Source: Eledone cirrhosa (lineage: Eukaryota). Taken from it: a stretch of DNA of 64,000 nt. The stretch lies in the NCBI GenBank assembly GCA_964016885.1, contig OZ024758.1, positions 12,710,001 to 12,774,000 of the forward strand. The letters are read 5' to 3'. Made by a program: the position numbers and the translations under genes. Numbering within the stretch: position 1 is the stretch's first letter; every line of letters starts with the position of its first letter. Below are positions 39,951-56,956 of this stretch, piece after piece. Below the pieces are notes generated by a model. That model worked only from the letters and a program-made list of their open reading frames with translations. It did no database searches and was not told where the DNA came from.

Positions 39951-40746
39951 TACGGGTTCAATAAAAAAAAAGCACCAGTAATACACTGAGGTAATTGCTG
40001 AGGTAAGCCTTGTGCCAAAAATAGAAAACAATTATTACGAGTTCAATAAAAAAAAAGCACCAGTAATACACTGGGGTATTTGCTAACCTTGTGCCAAAAA
40101 TAGAAAACAATTATTACGGGTTCAATAAAAAAAAAAGGACCAGTAATACACTGGGGTATTTGCTAGCCTTGTGCCAAAAATAGAAAACAATTATTACGGG
40201 TTCAATAAAAAAAAAATCGCCAGTAATACACTGGGGTATTTGCTAGCCTTGTGCCAAAAATAGAAAACAATTATTACGGGTTCAATAAAAAAAAAAGCAC
40301 CAGTAATACACTGGGGTAATTGCTAACCTTGTGCCAAAAATAGAAAACAATTATTACGGGTTCAATAAAAAAAAAAGGACCAGTAATACACTGGGGTAAT
40401 TGCTAGCCTTGTGCCAAAAATAGAAAACAATTATTACGGGTTCAATAAAAAAAAGGACCAGTAATACACTGGGGTATTTGCTAGCCTTGTGCCAAAAATA
40501 GAAAACAATTATTACGGGTTCAATAAAAAAAAGCACCAGTAATACACTGGGGTAATTGCTAGCCTTGTGCCAAAAATAGAAAACAATTATTACGGGTTCA
40601 ATAAAAAAAAGCACCAGTAATACACTGGGGTAATTGCTAACCGTGTGCCAAAAATAGAAAACAATTATTACGGGTTCAATAAAAAAAAGCACCAGTAATA
40701 CACTGGGGTATTTGCTAGCCTTGTGCCAAAAATAGAAAACAATTAT
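39950..40746 (+). repeat. ~80-bp minisatellite (about 10 units) derived from the 3' half of the main SINE
   Basis: Unit ttacgggttcaataaaaaaaagcaccagtaatacactggggtaattgctagccttgtgccaaaaatagaaaacaatta corresponds to SINE 60657-60732. Confidence 0.93.
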
Positions 40747-40978
40747 ATTCTAGATTTGTTTGTTTATACAAAGAGAGAAAAAGTTGAACAAGAAAGTTGT
40801 GTGCAGGAAATCGACCTGTTAGGAATGGTAGAGAGATGGGCTTGTCTTGGTGGTGGTGGTGGGGGTGGGGTGGGGTGGGGGTGGGTGGGGGTCAGAGGTC
40901 CTGCGAATCTATTCGTCATAATAATTAAGAAAGAACAAAATGAACGTAAATATCTGAACAAGTGGCTAACGTGTCTGG

Positions 40979-41026
<48 letters not shown>

Positions 41027-41049
41027 ATGTGTGTGTGTATATATATATA

Positions 41050-41254
<205 letters not shown>

Positions 41255-41366
41255 ATATATATATATAATTATATATATATACATATATATACATATATAT
41301 ATATGACAATGAACACAAACAGGCACAAAAACAATTATTTATTCCCCCTGTCTTTCTCTCTCTCTG

Positions 41367-41409
<43 letters not shown>

Positions 41410-41451
41410 ACACCCACACACACATATATATATATATACATATATATATAC

Positions 41452-41505
<54 letters not shown>

Positions 41506-41533
41506 TATATAAATGTATATATATAAATATATG

Positions 41534-41644
<111 letters not shown>

Positions 41645-41769
41645 GAGGTGGAAGAGAAGATGAGAGAGAGAGAGATTGATAATATTAACTTGTTTGACAT
41701 ATTTATGACGTCCTGGCCAACACTGATCATTTATTCCAAGTCCTATCATCTTTAGGATCGAACCCTCGC

Positions 41770-42553
41770 TATCACATACACCACCACCACCACCACCATC
41801 ACATACACCACTACCACCACCATCACATACACCACCACCACCACCACCATCACATACACCACCACCACCACCATCACATACGCCACCATCAGCCTCACCA
41901 TCACATACACCACCATCACCATCACATACACCACCACCACCACCATCACATACGCCACCACCACCACCACCATCACATACACCACCACCACCATCACATA
42001 CACCACCACCACCACCACCATCACATACACCACCACCACCATCACATACACCACCACCACCACCATCACATACGCCACCATCAGCCTCACCATCACATAC
42101 ACCACCATCACCACCATTGCATACACTACCACCACCACCATCACATACACCACCATCACCACCATTGCATACACTACCACCACCACCACCATCACATACA
42201 CCACCATCACCACCATTGCATACACTATCACCACCACCATCACATACACCACCACCACCATAATTGCATACACTACCACCACCACCATCACATACACCAC
42301 CACCACCACCATCACATACACCACCACCACCACCATGACATACACCACGACCGCCATCACGTACACCACATCCACCCTCACCATCATATAAACTACCACC
42401 ACCATCACGTACATCAGATCCACCCTCACCATCACATACACCACCACCCTCACATACACCACCACCACCATCACGTACACCACATCCACCCTCACCATCA
42501 CATACACCACCACTACCATCACATCCACCACCATCATCACTACCAGCCTCACC
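41770..42553. repeat. 21-27-bp minisatellite (ccatcacatacaccaccacca)n
   Basis: Direct reading; unit length varies by CAC triplets. Confidence 0.92.
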
Positions 42554-42799
42554 CCCTGCGGTCACTAGCAATCATTTGGTTGGGGTCTCTTCTTCTTCTT
42601 CTTCTTCTTCTTCTTCTTCTTCTTCTTCTTCTTCTTCTTCTTCTTCTTCTAATTATTATAATTATTATGCTTAATATATATATATATATCTCTCTCTCTA
42701 TATATATATATATATATACACATCTATATACATACATACATATATGAGAAGTATAGAGAGAGTGAGAGAGAGGCAGTGATAAAGAGATATAGAGGAAAA

Positions 42800-42945
42800 A
42801 AGCAACCCCAGTACTTGACTGGTATGTTTTTAACGACATCGAAAGGCAAAGTTATCCTCGGCGGGATTTGAACTTAGAGAGCTGAAAGCTGGAGCCAATA
42901 CCACAAGGCATTCTATCTGACATTCTAACAACTCTACCACTTCGC
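42800..42945 (-). mobile_element. Main SINE, old copy
   Basis: cccagtacttgactggta..gaaaggcaaagttatcctcggcgggatttgaact. Confidence 0.75.
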
Positions 42946-42979
42946 TAGCAATTCACCGCAATAGAAACATACAAACGTA

Positions 42980-43023
<44 letters not shown>

Positions 43024-43170
43024 GCAGTCATATACACACATACAGTCATATATATATACACACATACACAAAATAATCCGTAATCACAAAGAAAGTCATG
43101 CGAATGCATACACAGGAATACACTCAATCTCATACGTATACATAGCTATACAAACGCATACATATACACA

Positions 43171-43259
<89 letters not shown>

Positions 43260-43261
43260 AC

Positions 43262-43327
<66 letters not shown>

Positions 43328-43356
43328 TCACTCATATAGGAACTCACATAATCATA

Positions 43357-43419
<63 letters not shown>

Positions 43420-43816
43420 TATATATATGTCTAAGTATATATATTTTATCACTGCTTGTCAAGGTTAACAACTACAACACACAGAATACGCACAACACCA
43501 AAACACTTTACACATGCGTATTATAAGGACAAACACACAAATACACACACACAAACACACACGCACACTCACACACACACACACATATATATGCATATAT
43601 TCTCGGAGAGAAAAATAGCAAGAGACAGGCATATATGTGTATTTTATCGAATGATGGCCAGGTCATGTGACATCTGTGAACCTTTCTGGACGAACACAAA
43701 TCTTGTATGTCGTCTGTCCAACTTAAAAGATGTCTGCGATGTCTGTTCTAAAGTGAAGAATCGAAAAACAGGTCGAATGTAACAAGAATTGGCAAATTGC
43801 AATCCTTCACCTAAGG

Positions 43817-43851
<35 letters not shown>

Positions 43852-43956
43852 GTATATATATATTTATATATGTGGTGCATATATGTGTTATATATATATA
43901 TATTTATATATATATATATACACATACACAGAAACACACTCACATACATGTGTGTG

Positions 43957-44011
<55 letters not shown>

Positions 44012-44045
44012 ACATGCCGGTACCATTTAATATCAATTGTATATA

Positions 44046-44112
<67 letters not shown>

Positions 44113-44157
44113 ATACACACACACACACATATATATATATATATGTATATATATACG

Positions 44158-44237
<80 letters not shown>

Positions 44238-44238
44238 C

Positions 44239-44341
<103 letters not shown>

Positions 44342-44885
44342 CATATATATATATATACATGTATATATACATATATATATATACACAGACAGACATACAG
44401 ATAGATAGTTACATACATACATAGACATACATACATACATACATACATACATACATACATACATACATACATACATACACACAGACACAGAGACAGAAAC
44501 ACACAAAAAAAACATCCCATCTATGGCCAGTGATTAGTCAGTTACTGACAATCTCATTCCTTTGTCTTACATATATCTAGACTATATGATCCTATCAGAT
44601 AAATTCAATTTTCAGATCTAAATCTAAATTTTCTCCCGATAGAGAATAAATTATTTACGATTTAGGCGCCAATATAAAGTTACTTGGTTAAGAAGAAAAC
44701 AGGAAAATGATATATAGAAGGGAATGAAAGAATGGACGAATGGAAGGATAACAGAATGAAAGAATGAGAGAATGAAAGGATAAATGGATAAAAGAATTCC
44801 AGTTGTAATTGAATGAAATATAACTTTTAAATACAAGAAATACGTAAATATATACTTGGTTTTGTTAATATATATAATATTAAAC

Positions 44886-44956
<71 letters not shown>

Positions 44957-45034
44957 TACAGATATATATAGATATATATAGATATATATGTATATATATT
45001 CATATATATATATATATACATATATATGTGTATA

Positions 45035-45198
<164 letters not shown>

Positions 45199-45303
45199 CT
45201 TCGAGAGGCTCATGGTGGTTTTCACTTCACCTGTTGATTTTCACTTCAATTTATTACAAATTACATTTTTGTTGGTTCAAAACCGCTTTATTCTTTATTT
45301 ATT

Positions 45304-45346
45304 GTCAAAGCTCTTTCGACACACATACTGTGACCTCCACAGTGAC
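45304..45346 (-). ncRNA. Decayed hammerhead-like motif in a TA-embedded element (45200-45510)
   Basis: gtca CTGTGGA ggt-caca-gta-tgtg-t-gtc GAAA gagc TT tgac-aataaa; core A6 is mutated. Confidence 0.5.
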
Positions 45347-45513
45347 TGATTTTATGGTTGCTTGTTCTATCTCTGTGTGTCTGGTTTGTTTTATTAGTTT
45401 GGTTCTTGTGTGTGGTCATTTGTCCTTCATTACTAGCTTTGATGTTGATATATTCCATACATGGTTTCTGTTTAATTTTGGTTGGATTTGGTTTACGTTT
45501 GTCGCTTCTGTAA

Positions 45514-45570
<57 letters not shown>

Positions 45571-45868
45571 AATATATACATATATTAATATGTATGGAAA
45601 TCTTACGCATATGTAGGTAAGACAAATAAGAAAGGTAAAAAAGGGAGACATAAATAAACAGTAGTGGGTGGTGAGGTGACTATGGTGGGGTAGCACTGTT
45701 GGAGGGTGGCAGTGGTGGTGGAGGGGTGGGGGTGGGTCGAATGAGTGTTTGAAACGTCTGTTATCTTTAGGATATCTTGTCATCATAAAAATATTGTCAA
45801 TGATAGTTCTCTCTTCAAATATCTACTTCACTGGACAAAGGAAAAGTAACATAACTATATATATAACT

Positions 45869-46016
<148 letters not shown>

Positions 46017-46161
46017 TTATATATATATATATATATTATATATATATAATTATATATATATGTGTGTGTATATTTCATATATATATTATATATACACACA
46101 CACACATATATATATATATGTTTTATACATACATATATATGTATATACATATGTAAGTATG

Positions 46162-46195
<34 letters not shown>

Positions 46196-46238
46196 TATAT
46201 ATACATACATATTTGTGTGTTTGTATATATATATATAT

Positions 46239-46312
<74 letters not shown>

Positions 46313-46756
46313 ACCTTGGCATGTATCTACGTGTGTGTATATATGAACGTATAGGTATATATCTATATATCTACATATATCTACGTCTGTAATAAAGATA
46401 TGGTAGTAAATTATGCAACACTTTCTCATTTTATGAGACAGCCAATAACTATAGCGAGTCAGTTAGTTTGTCTTAAGTGTAAGACACCTTTAAAAAAGCC
46501 ATCTTGCAATGGCGCTGTTGCTATCGTTAAGTTCCTGCTATCGCCATTATGACGATATTACGTTATCGAGTTATTGTCATAACCACTTTTGTATAGATGT
46601 TCTTGTTTTTGGATTTCAGCTCTTTAAGCTATATCAGTTGACTCGTAAACATGCAATCATGATATGATAGAATGATATGATAGCTGAATTTGATACACAA
46701 TATGGCTGACATCCTAGGACGAGGAAAAATATATAAATATATATATATATAGGATA

Positions 46757-47021
46757 TAGAAGAATAGAAGAAGGAGGAGAAGAAGGGGGGAGAAGAAGAA
46801 GAAGAAGAAGAAGAAGGAGGAGGAAGAGGGGGGAGAAGAAGAAGAAGACTAAAGTAGAAGAAGAAGGAGAAGAAGAAGAAGAAGAAGAAGAAGAAGAAGG
46901 AGAAGGAGAAGAAGAAGGAGAAGAAGGAAAAGAAGAACAAGAAGAAGACTCAAGAAGATGAAGAAGAAGAAGAAAAAGAAAACGACGACGACGACAAAAG
47001 AAGAAGAAGACGACGACTCAA

Positions 47022-47052
<31 letters not shown>

Positions 47053-47112
47053 AAGAAGAAGAACAACAACAACAACAACAACAAGTACAAGAAGACGACG
47101 ACTAAAGAAGAA
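46757..47112. repeat. Compound (GAA/GGA/CAA)n tract
   Basis: Direct reading. Confidence 0.9.
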
Positions 47113-47622
47113 GATAAACCGAAAAAAAAAAAAAAAAAGATGGTGGCGGCTGAAAGATATTAAAAACAAACAGTAAGTTAAACGAAACAAAAGAAAAGAA
47201 CACACAAAAGGGGGAGATAATTTTACCGACCTCCCATGACGTTACAGCGATGAAACAAGAAAAGTTCAAATTTTATCAGTTGACCCGTGAAAAGTTACAC
47301 GCAAATACGTTGCGAGGGAAGGATTATAAGATACTAATAATAAGGATTTTGAAGGAAGGTAACAAATAAAAAAATGTTATAATAAAAATTGTTGGTGGTT
47401 GACGGGATTGGTGGAACGTAACAGAGTTTCGTGATAATGACATCAGTATGATGGGTGTGTATATTGTTTGAATATGTGTAAATATGTAAATATGTATATG
47501 TGTGTATATGTGTATGTGTGTATGTGTATATATATGTGCATGTGTGTATATGTAAGTATATGTATATATATATATGTATATGTAATATTTATATATATAT
47601 GTGTGATAAATATATGTATATG

Positions 47623-47731
<109 letters not shown>

Positions 47732-47927
47732 ATATATGTATATATATATTTATTTATATATATATTTATTTATATATACATGTTTTTACATACACATACA
47801 TATGCGCCTGTATGTCATATGATTAATTACATACATATTACATATACATATATATTTATATATATATATACATATATTAATATACATATATATATACACA
47901 TATATACATATATATATATATATACAC

Positions 47928-48023
<96 letters not shown>

Positions 48024-48160
48024 AAATACAAAAATATATATATACATGCGTTTGTGTGTGTGTACTTATGTACGTTTGTATATTTGTATATATGTATATA
48101 TGTATATGTACGAATGTATATATGTATATATGTATATATGTATATGTATATTTGGTTACA

Positions 48161-48426
48161 TCAAAAGAGACACAGGGGAGACTGAGGTTAGCTGGACATG
48201 CTCACCCGACATCCAGAGTTGACATTGCACTCAGTGCTCCTATGGGAGCCCCTACATGGACACACTGGAAGAGGAAGACCAAGGTTAACGTATGTTGATG
48301 CCCTAAGGAAAGACACTGCTCTGTTGGTGACACAGGACATGGCAGCGATAATGAGGGACAGAGACCGCTGGAGAGAACACGTCCATGGATCTCGGGAATT
48401 TTACCCACCCTAGAATAGAATAGAAT
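48161..48426 (+). mobile_element. RTE-X-like LINE 3' fragment, copy 3
   Basis: Encodes RLRLAGHA../[20 protein letters not shown] with one frameshift; (TAGAA)3 tail. Confidence 0.88.
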
Positions 48427-48726
48427 ATGTATAAAAAAAAGACGTATATTGATTTAGTAAGGTTTGTAAAATAGCTGCAGTCTTTTGGTATTGGTGAAGA
48501 TGAATCTTTTTGTAGATTTGAGTGGAAAATAGTCCACCAAATATCTTTAGAGTGACGTTGTCGAAGTCGTCTCTTTTATTTGTTATAACAATAGCAACAA
48601 CAATACTATACAAAGGCTTACTTATTGTCCTGACTCTTCCTTATATCTCGTGTCTAAATAACAATATATTATAATTATTGTCTTAGTAGCTCTGAAGTTA
48701 AATAATATATGTATATATATATATTA

Positions 48727-48872
<146 letters not shown>

Positions 48873-49168
48873 GTATATATATATATATGTATGTATATAT
48901 ATATATCTATCATATATCATATATATATATATACATATATATATATACATACATAGATATATATAGATATAAATACGTATTTTTATATATATATATATAT
49001 ATGTATATAAATATATAAATATATAAATATATATAAATATATAAATATATATAAATATATAAATATGTATATATATATGCATATATATATATATATATAT
49101 CATATATCATATATATATACATATATATATATATATACATAGATATATAGAGATATAAATACGTATTT

Positions 49169-49214
<46 letters not shown>

Positions 49215-49477
49215 ATATATTCTTACCGCATTGTAGCTGTGATGTTTTGTTTTTGCTTTCTTTTGTCTTCACTATTTGATATCCACACAGGACAATGGTG
49301 GATGGATCTAAAGGATATCATATTTTGGCTAACGTCCATACCCATTATATTTCAGTAGGGGTATATCTCTATTTATGGAAACTTCATCATGTCCTACAAA
49401 GGTTTCTTGTTTTGGCGTTCATTTTTCAAAGCAGTCCCTTGAAAGAGACTATATAGTTATTAATAAGAAAAGTTGAA

Positions 49478-49580
<103 letters not shown>

Positions 49581-49634
49581 TATATATATATATATATATA
49601 AATATACATATATATATAGATATATAAATATACC

Positions 49635-49724
<90 letters not shown>

Positions 49725-49784
49725 TATATATATATATATACCTATATATATATATGTATGTATATTTATATACATATATATGTA

Positions 49785-49862
<78 letters not shown>

Positions 49863-49892
49863 GGTATATTTATATATCTATATATATATGTA

Positions 49893-49982
<90 letters not shown>

Positions 49983-50000
49983 TATATATATATATATACC

Positions 50001-50033
<33 letters not shown>

Positions 50034-50091
50034 TTATATATATATATATGTATATTTATATATATATATATATGTATGTATATATATATGC

Positions 50092-50179
<88 letters not shown>

Positions 50180-50188
50180 ATGTATATT

Positions 50189-50337
<149 letters not shown>

Positions 50338-50554
50338 ATATACATATATATACATACATATATATATATATGTATATGTATATTTAGTCTATTTTATAGG
50401 ACGACGTATTTAGAGTGTTCAACGTACAAAACAGCAGCAACAACAACAACAACAATATTGAAGAACAATCGAGAACAAAAAGAACAAAGACGGAAACGAA
50501 TAACAACAGACAGTAACAACAACAAGTACGACAACAACAATAACAACAACAGAA

Positions 50555-50891
50555 CCCCACCCACCACCACCACCTCCACCACCACCGCCAAAACCACTAC
50601 ACCATCAACACACCGCCACACCATCACCACCCACCATTCCAACGTTATTCAACCATCACCACCACCACCACCACCACCACCACCACCACAACCACCACCA
50701 CCACCACCACCACCACCACCACCACCACAACACACCACCAGACCACGCCACCACCACAACACAGCACCACCACACCAGCACCAGCACCAGCAGCAGCACC
50801 AGCACCACCAGCACCACCACCACAACAACAACACACCACCAGACCACACCACCACCACAACACACCACCACCACACCAGCACACCACCAGC

Positions 50892-50922
<31 letters not shown>

Positions 50923-51670
50923 ACGCACTACACCACCATTACACCATCACCATCACACCACCACTATCACCAACACCACCACACTACACCACCACCACTT
51001 CACCACCACCACTTCACCACTACACCACCACTTCACCACCACCAACACACTACACCACCACCACCACCACACTACTACACCACCACCACCACACCACTAC
51101 ACCAACACACTACCCCACTACCACCACACCACTACACCACCACCACTAAACCACCACCACCACCACCACACCACTACACCACCACCACTACACCACCACC
51201 AACACACTACACCACCACCACAACCACTACACCACCACCACACCACTACACCATCACTACACCACCACCAACACAACTACACCACCACCACCACACCACT
51301 ACACTACCACCAACACACTACCCCACCACCACCACACCACCACCACACCACCACCACCACACTACCCCACCACCACCACACCACTACCCCACCACCACCA
51401 CACCACTACACCACCACCAACACACTACACCACCACCACCACACCACTACACCACCACACCACCACACCACTACACCACACCACCACTACACCACCACCA
51501 ACACACTACACCACCACCACCACCACACCACTACATCACCACACCACTACACCACCACCAACACACTACACCACCACACCACTACACCACCATACCACCA
51601 CACCACCACACCACTAAACCACCATACCACCACACCACCACACCACTACACCACCACCACCACCACCAAC
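50555..51670. repeat. Long imperfect (CAC)n / cacactacac tract
   Basis: Direct reading. Confidence 0.9.
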
Positions 51671-51867
51671 GTTACTCAACCATCAACCCAAAGTGCCAAC
51701 TTTTCTAAAGATTAGCAGAAAATTAAATACAAATTTTCATTCTTTCCCATTTTGCAACAATCCATTTATCTTGTTAGACTCTCTCTAACTTCATTTAATA
51801 ATACTGTGTTACCAGCCTAGCCAACCCTACCACATTTATGGACACTTTTCAATACCTAACGGTTCCT

Positions 51868-52086
51868 TTGTTGTTGCTGTTGTTGTTGCTGTTGTTGTTG
51901 TTGTTGTTGTAGTGGTTGTTGTGGTTGTTGTAGTTGCTGTTGTAGCTGTTGTAGTTGTTGTGGTTGTTGGAGTTGTTGCTGTTGTTGTTGCTGTTGTTGT
52001 TGTGGTTTTTGTCGTTGTTGTTGGAGTTGCTGTTGTAGCTGTTGTTGTGGTTGTTGTGGTTGTTGTAGTTGTTGTAGTTGTTGTGG

Positions 52087-52135
<49 letters not shown>

Positions 52136-52362
52136 AGCTGTTGTAGCTGTTGTTGTTGTTGTTGGAGTTGTTGTTGGGGTTGTTGCTGTTGTAGCTGTTG
52201 TTGTGGTTGTTGTGGTTGTTGTTGTTGGAGTTGCTGTTGTTGCAGCTGTTGTTGTTGTTGTTGTGGTTGTTGTAGTTACTGTTGTAGTTACTGTTGTAGC
52301 TGTTGTAGTTGTTGTTGTGGTTGTTGTTGTTGTTGTTGCTGTTGTAGTAGTTGTGGTTTGTT
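51868..52362. repeat. Imperfect (GTT)n tract
   Basis: Direct reading. Confidence 0.92.
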
Positions 52363-52478
52363 AGCTTTTTTTTAAATATATTTTATTAAAGTTGAGAGAT
52401 ATTTTTTTAGGTTTTTTTTTTGCATTATTTTATATTATTTTTGAAAATAGTGTGTATTACAAAAATACCCTCATTTTT

Positions 52479-52600
<122 letters not shown>

Positions 52601-52654
52601 ATATACACACACGCATATACATATATATATATGTATAAAAACCAGAGTTTTTTG

Positions 52655-53570
52655 TGGTGGTGATGATGATGGCGATGTAGAGGATGATGGTGTTTGTGGG
52701 GATGGTGTTGGTGCTGGTGGTGATGATGATGGCGATGAAGGTGGTGTCGTATTTGGTGAGGAAATGGATCAAAATAACTATAATGATGATGTTTATGAAA
52801 ACAATGATGATGATGATGATGTTGATAATAATAATGATGATGGTGATGATGATGGTGATAATAATAATGATGATGGTGATGATGATGATGAAGGATGAGT
52901 TTATGAAGACTGTTAAATCTGCATTGATGATGATGGTGGTGATGATGGTGGTGGTGATAATGATGATGGTGATGGTGGTGGTGATGATGATAGTAACGGC
53001 TTTGATGTTGAGGAATACTATCGTCACCATCATCAACATCATCATCATCATCATCATCATACTGGCATTGAATTTGCCATTAATTTAATGGTGAAAATCG
53101 CTATGTTGTATAATGGTGGTGTTGGTGGTGGTGGTGTTGATTGTGTAATGTTGTTGTTGGTGATGATGATGGTGATGATGGTGGTGATGGTGGTGATGGT
53201 GTTGATGATGACGATGATGATGATGGTGGTGATGATGTTGTTGGTGATGATGGTGGAGATGGTGATGGTGGTGATGATGATGATGGTGATGATGATGGTG
53301 ATGTTGTTGTTGGTGTTGATGGTGATGATGATGATAATATTGATGATGATGGTGATGATGGTGTTGATGATGGTGATGTTGTTGTTGGTGATGATGGTTT
53401 TGATGATGATGATGATGATAATATTGATGATGATGGCGATGATAGTATTGATGATGATAATGATGATGATGATGGTGTTGATGATGATGATAGTATTGAT
53501 GATAGTATTGATGATGGTTATGATGATGGTGATGATGATGATGATGATGATGGTGATGACGAAGATGATA
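52655..53570. repeat. Imperfect (GAT/GGT)n tract
   Basis: Direct reading. Confidence 0.9.
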
Positions 53571-53727
53571 AGGACTATGTTAATATCAACGGTGATGGCG
53601 GCTATTGCAAGAATAAAACAACAACAACAACAACATTATATTAAAAATTAAAACTTAAAAACATAAAAGGCAACCAACCACTGAAGTGGGAGACTAAATA
53701 CCAGAACAAACAAATATATACACACAC

Positions 53728-53821
<94 letters not shown>

Positions 53822-53889
53822 ATATATATACACATATGTATGTATGTATATATATATATATATATAAATATATATATGTATATATATAA

Positions 53890-54006
<117 letters not shown>

Positions 54007-54072
54007 CATACACATATATATATATACATATGTATGTATGTATATATATATATATATAAATATATATATATG

Positions 54073-54131
<59 letters not shown>

Positions 54132-54807
54132 GTATATATATGTATATATATATATATATACGTATGTATATGTATGTATATATATATATATCTGTGTATA
54201 TATATATATACATACACGTATATAAATATATATGAATACATATATATATAAATATACACACATATTTCCCCTCTCTCATACACTTATACACAGTCAAACA
54301 TACCCATACATTTACACACAATCACACTCGCTCGCACATTCACTCACACACTCATACATACACATACATACACATACATACATACACTCACTCTGTCACA
54401 CACACACTCATACACACCCACACACACACACACCCACACACACACACACATACATACACATACACACATATACAGAAACAGCGGCCATTAATTATTTTTT
54501 CATTATTTTGTTTATATTTTTATTTGGTTAACATTTTTATTTTCTAGTCTAAAAGAAAAGCAATGTTTCTTGATCTAAGGAGCATGTCATCACCTTTGCA
54601 GCAGGAATTAACATTTTATGATCGAATTAATCAATAAATCGCCGATCAAGCCCCCCCTCTCTCTCTATCTCTCTGTCTTTGTCTATCTATCTCTCACTTC
54701 TCTCTCTTTCTCTCTTAATGTATCTGTCATTCTCTTCTTGTTTCTTTCTTATTCTCCGTATTCATCGGACATTTTCTCTTTCATTTAACTCTATCTATCT
54801 ATCCATC

Positions 54808-54838
<31 letters not shown>

Positions 54839-54843
54839 CTATA

Positions 54844-54902
<59 letters not shown>

Positions 54903-55005
54903 AATCAGGGGTAGCTATTTTTCATCATACTTAACTCGTCCTATGGTATGGGTGCTCTTACCCTTGGATATTTCTACCAAACTTTTACTGCAGTATATAT
55001 ATATG

Positions 55006-55047
<42 letters not shown>

Positions 55048-55217
55048 TGTGTGTGTTCGCGTGTGTGCATGTGTGCGTGTGTATTCATCTATCTATCTTA
55101 AATATGAATGTGCGGACTTTTGTGCATAATAAGCCAAGCATGACTTGACTGGGATGTTTATATTATAGCTGTTGTTGTTGTTGCTGTTGTTATTGTTATT
55201 ATTATTGTTGCTGCTGC

Positions 55218-55269
<52 letters not shown>

Positions 55270-56141
55270 GCTGCTGTTGTTGTTGTTTTAATTTAATGTG
55301 AAAGATATAATGTGTAAACCTCGTCGAACGATGTTGAGATGGTGACGATATGTGAATATTTGATTAAGTGGAGTTATGGAGGGAAAGAGAGGGGGAGAGA
55401 GAGTGATACAGAGAGGGGTGGGGGGAGGAGGGAAAGCGAGAGAAGGAGAGAGAGTGAGATAGTGAGGGGTAGAGAGAGATATAGAGAGACAGTGAGAGTG
55501 GGGAAGAGAGTAAAATCATTTGATGCATTTTGCGTAAGAATGTGTTTGCATGAGGTATTAATGTGTTTTGTTCTGGTTGTATGTGTGAATCTGTGTGTGT
55601 GTGCGTGTGTTTGTGCATGTGTGTGCATGTGGCTGTGTGTGTGTGTGTGTGCGTGTACATGTGTGTGTGTGTGCATGTGCGTGTGTGTGTGCACGCGCGC
55701 GTGTGTATGTGCATGTGTGTGTTTGTGCATGTGTGTGCATGTGGCTGTGTGTGTGTGTGCGTGCGTACGTGTACATGTGTGTGTGTGTGTGCGTGCGCGT
55801 GCGTGTGTGTGTGTGTGCGTGTGTGTGTGTGTGTACATGTGTGTGTGTGTGTGCGTGTGTGTGTGCATGTGTCTGTGTGTGCGTGCGTGTGTGTGTGTGT
55901 GTGAAAGAGAGTGTGAGAAATAGAAAGAGAGAAAGAGAGAGTTAGGAAGATAAAATGTGAGAAGAAGGAAGTTTTTTTAGAGAGATGGATAATTGTATGT
56001 GTTTAACAGTGGTTGTGGTTCTGTGAATACTTGGGTCCCGGGGGGTGAAGAATGGAGGGAGTGTTGAGGAGGGAATGAAGATATTAGAGAATACACCAGA
56101 GAAGGGATGGGTGAAAGAGAGAGAAAGTGAGAGAGAGATAG

Positions 56142-56177
<36 letters not shown>

Positions 56178-56179
<2 letters not shown>

Positions 56180-56352
56180 CGAAGGAAATGTGGTGAGGAA
56201 CCAGATGGACCATAACGCACCAAAGTACTCAATACTTAGGGTAGTAGAGTGGGTAATAGGAACGAGTAGGACCCCGACGGCTGAGCTCAAGCCGTTTCGA
56301 CGGAATTAGCCGTCGAAACGGCTTGAGCTCAGGCGTCGGGGTCCTACTCGTT

Positions 56353-56357
<5 letters not shown>
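56178..56357 (-). mobile_element. F1 copy 5
   Basis: Tail 56178-56255, palindrome 56256-56357 with a short apex. Confidence 0.92.
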
Positions 56358-56427
<70 letters not shown>

Positions 56428-56429
<2 letters not shown>

Positions 56430-56508
56430 CGAAGGAGGTGTGGTAAGGAAGCAGATGGACCATAACGCACCAGAGTACTCAATACTTAGGGTAGTAGAGT
56501 GGGTAATA
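56428..56508 (-). mobile_element. F1 tail-only copy
   Basis: Full tail ending gggtaata and running directly into TA; no hairpin. Confidence 0.88.
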
Positions 56509-56746
56509 TATATATATTTAGAAAGTGAACAACACAAAATATAACTACTCCATTATCACAAGTTTCTGGATTCCAGACAATAATAATATATGCCTGGATC
56601 GGTCATCAGACCTAACAGCGATGTTAGGGATAAAAATATGAAATGAGATTTAAAATCTGTTAAAAATTGGAGGTGAGGCTGGAAAAATAACGGTAAATAT
56701 ACATAAGAAAAGAAGGGTAATAAAAATAATATATAAAAGTATATAG

Positions 56747-56782
<36 letters not shown>

Positions 56783-56787
<5 letters not shown>

Positions 56788-56956
56788 AGTATATGTTGGT
56801 TGTATACCAACACCATAGTATGCAGATTGGAGCACTCGACGAAGTGCGCAGGTTGGTTTGGTTACTCCGGAATAAATGTAAAATATACTAAAATAAATAA
56901 GTCAAATATTAAAAATTTGCCTTTATTACTGCTATATATATTTCGGTGACAGCCAT

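Noticed and set aside
43651-43782. CDIC..F..L..CDVC resembling a C2H2 zinc finger
   Set aside because: Spacing is off, histidines and linker are missing; likely chance.
56550-56617. Minus-strand CTGATGA..hairpin..GAAAC
   Set aside because: Base of stem II and stem I do not pair; not listed as a ribozyme, possibly a decayed one.
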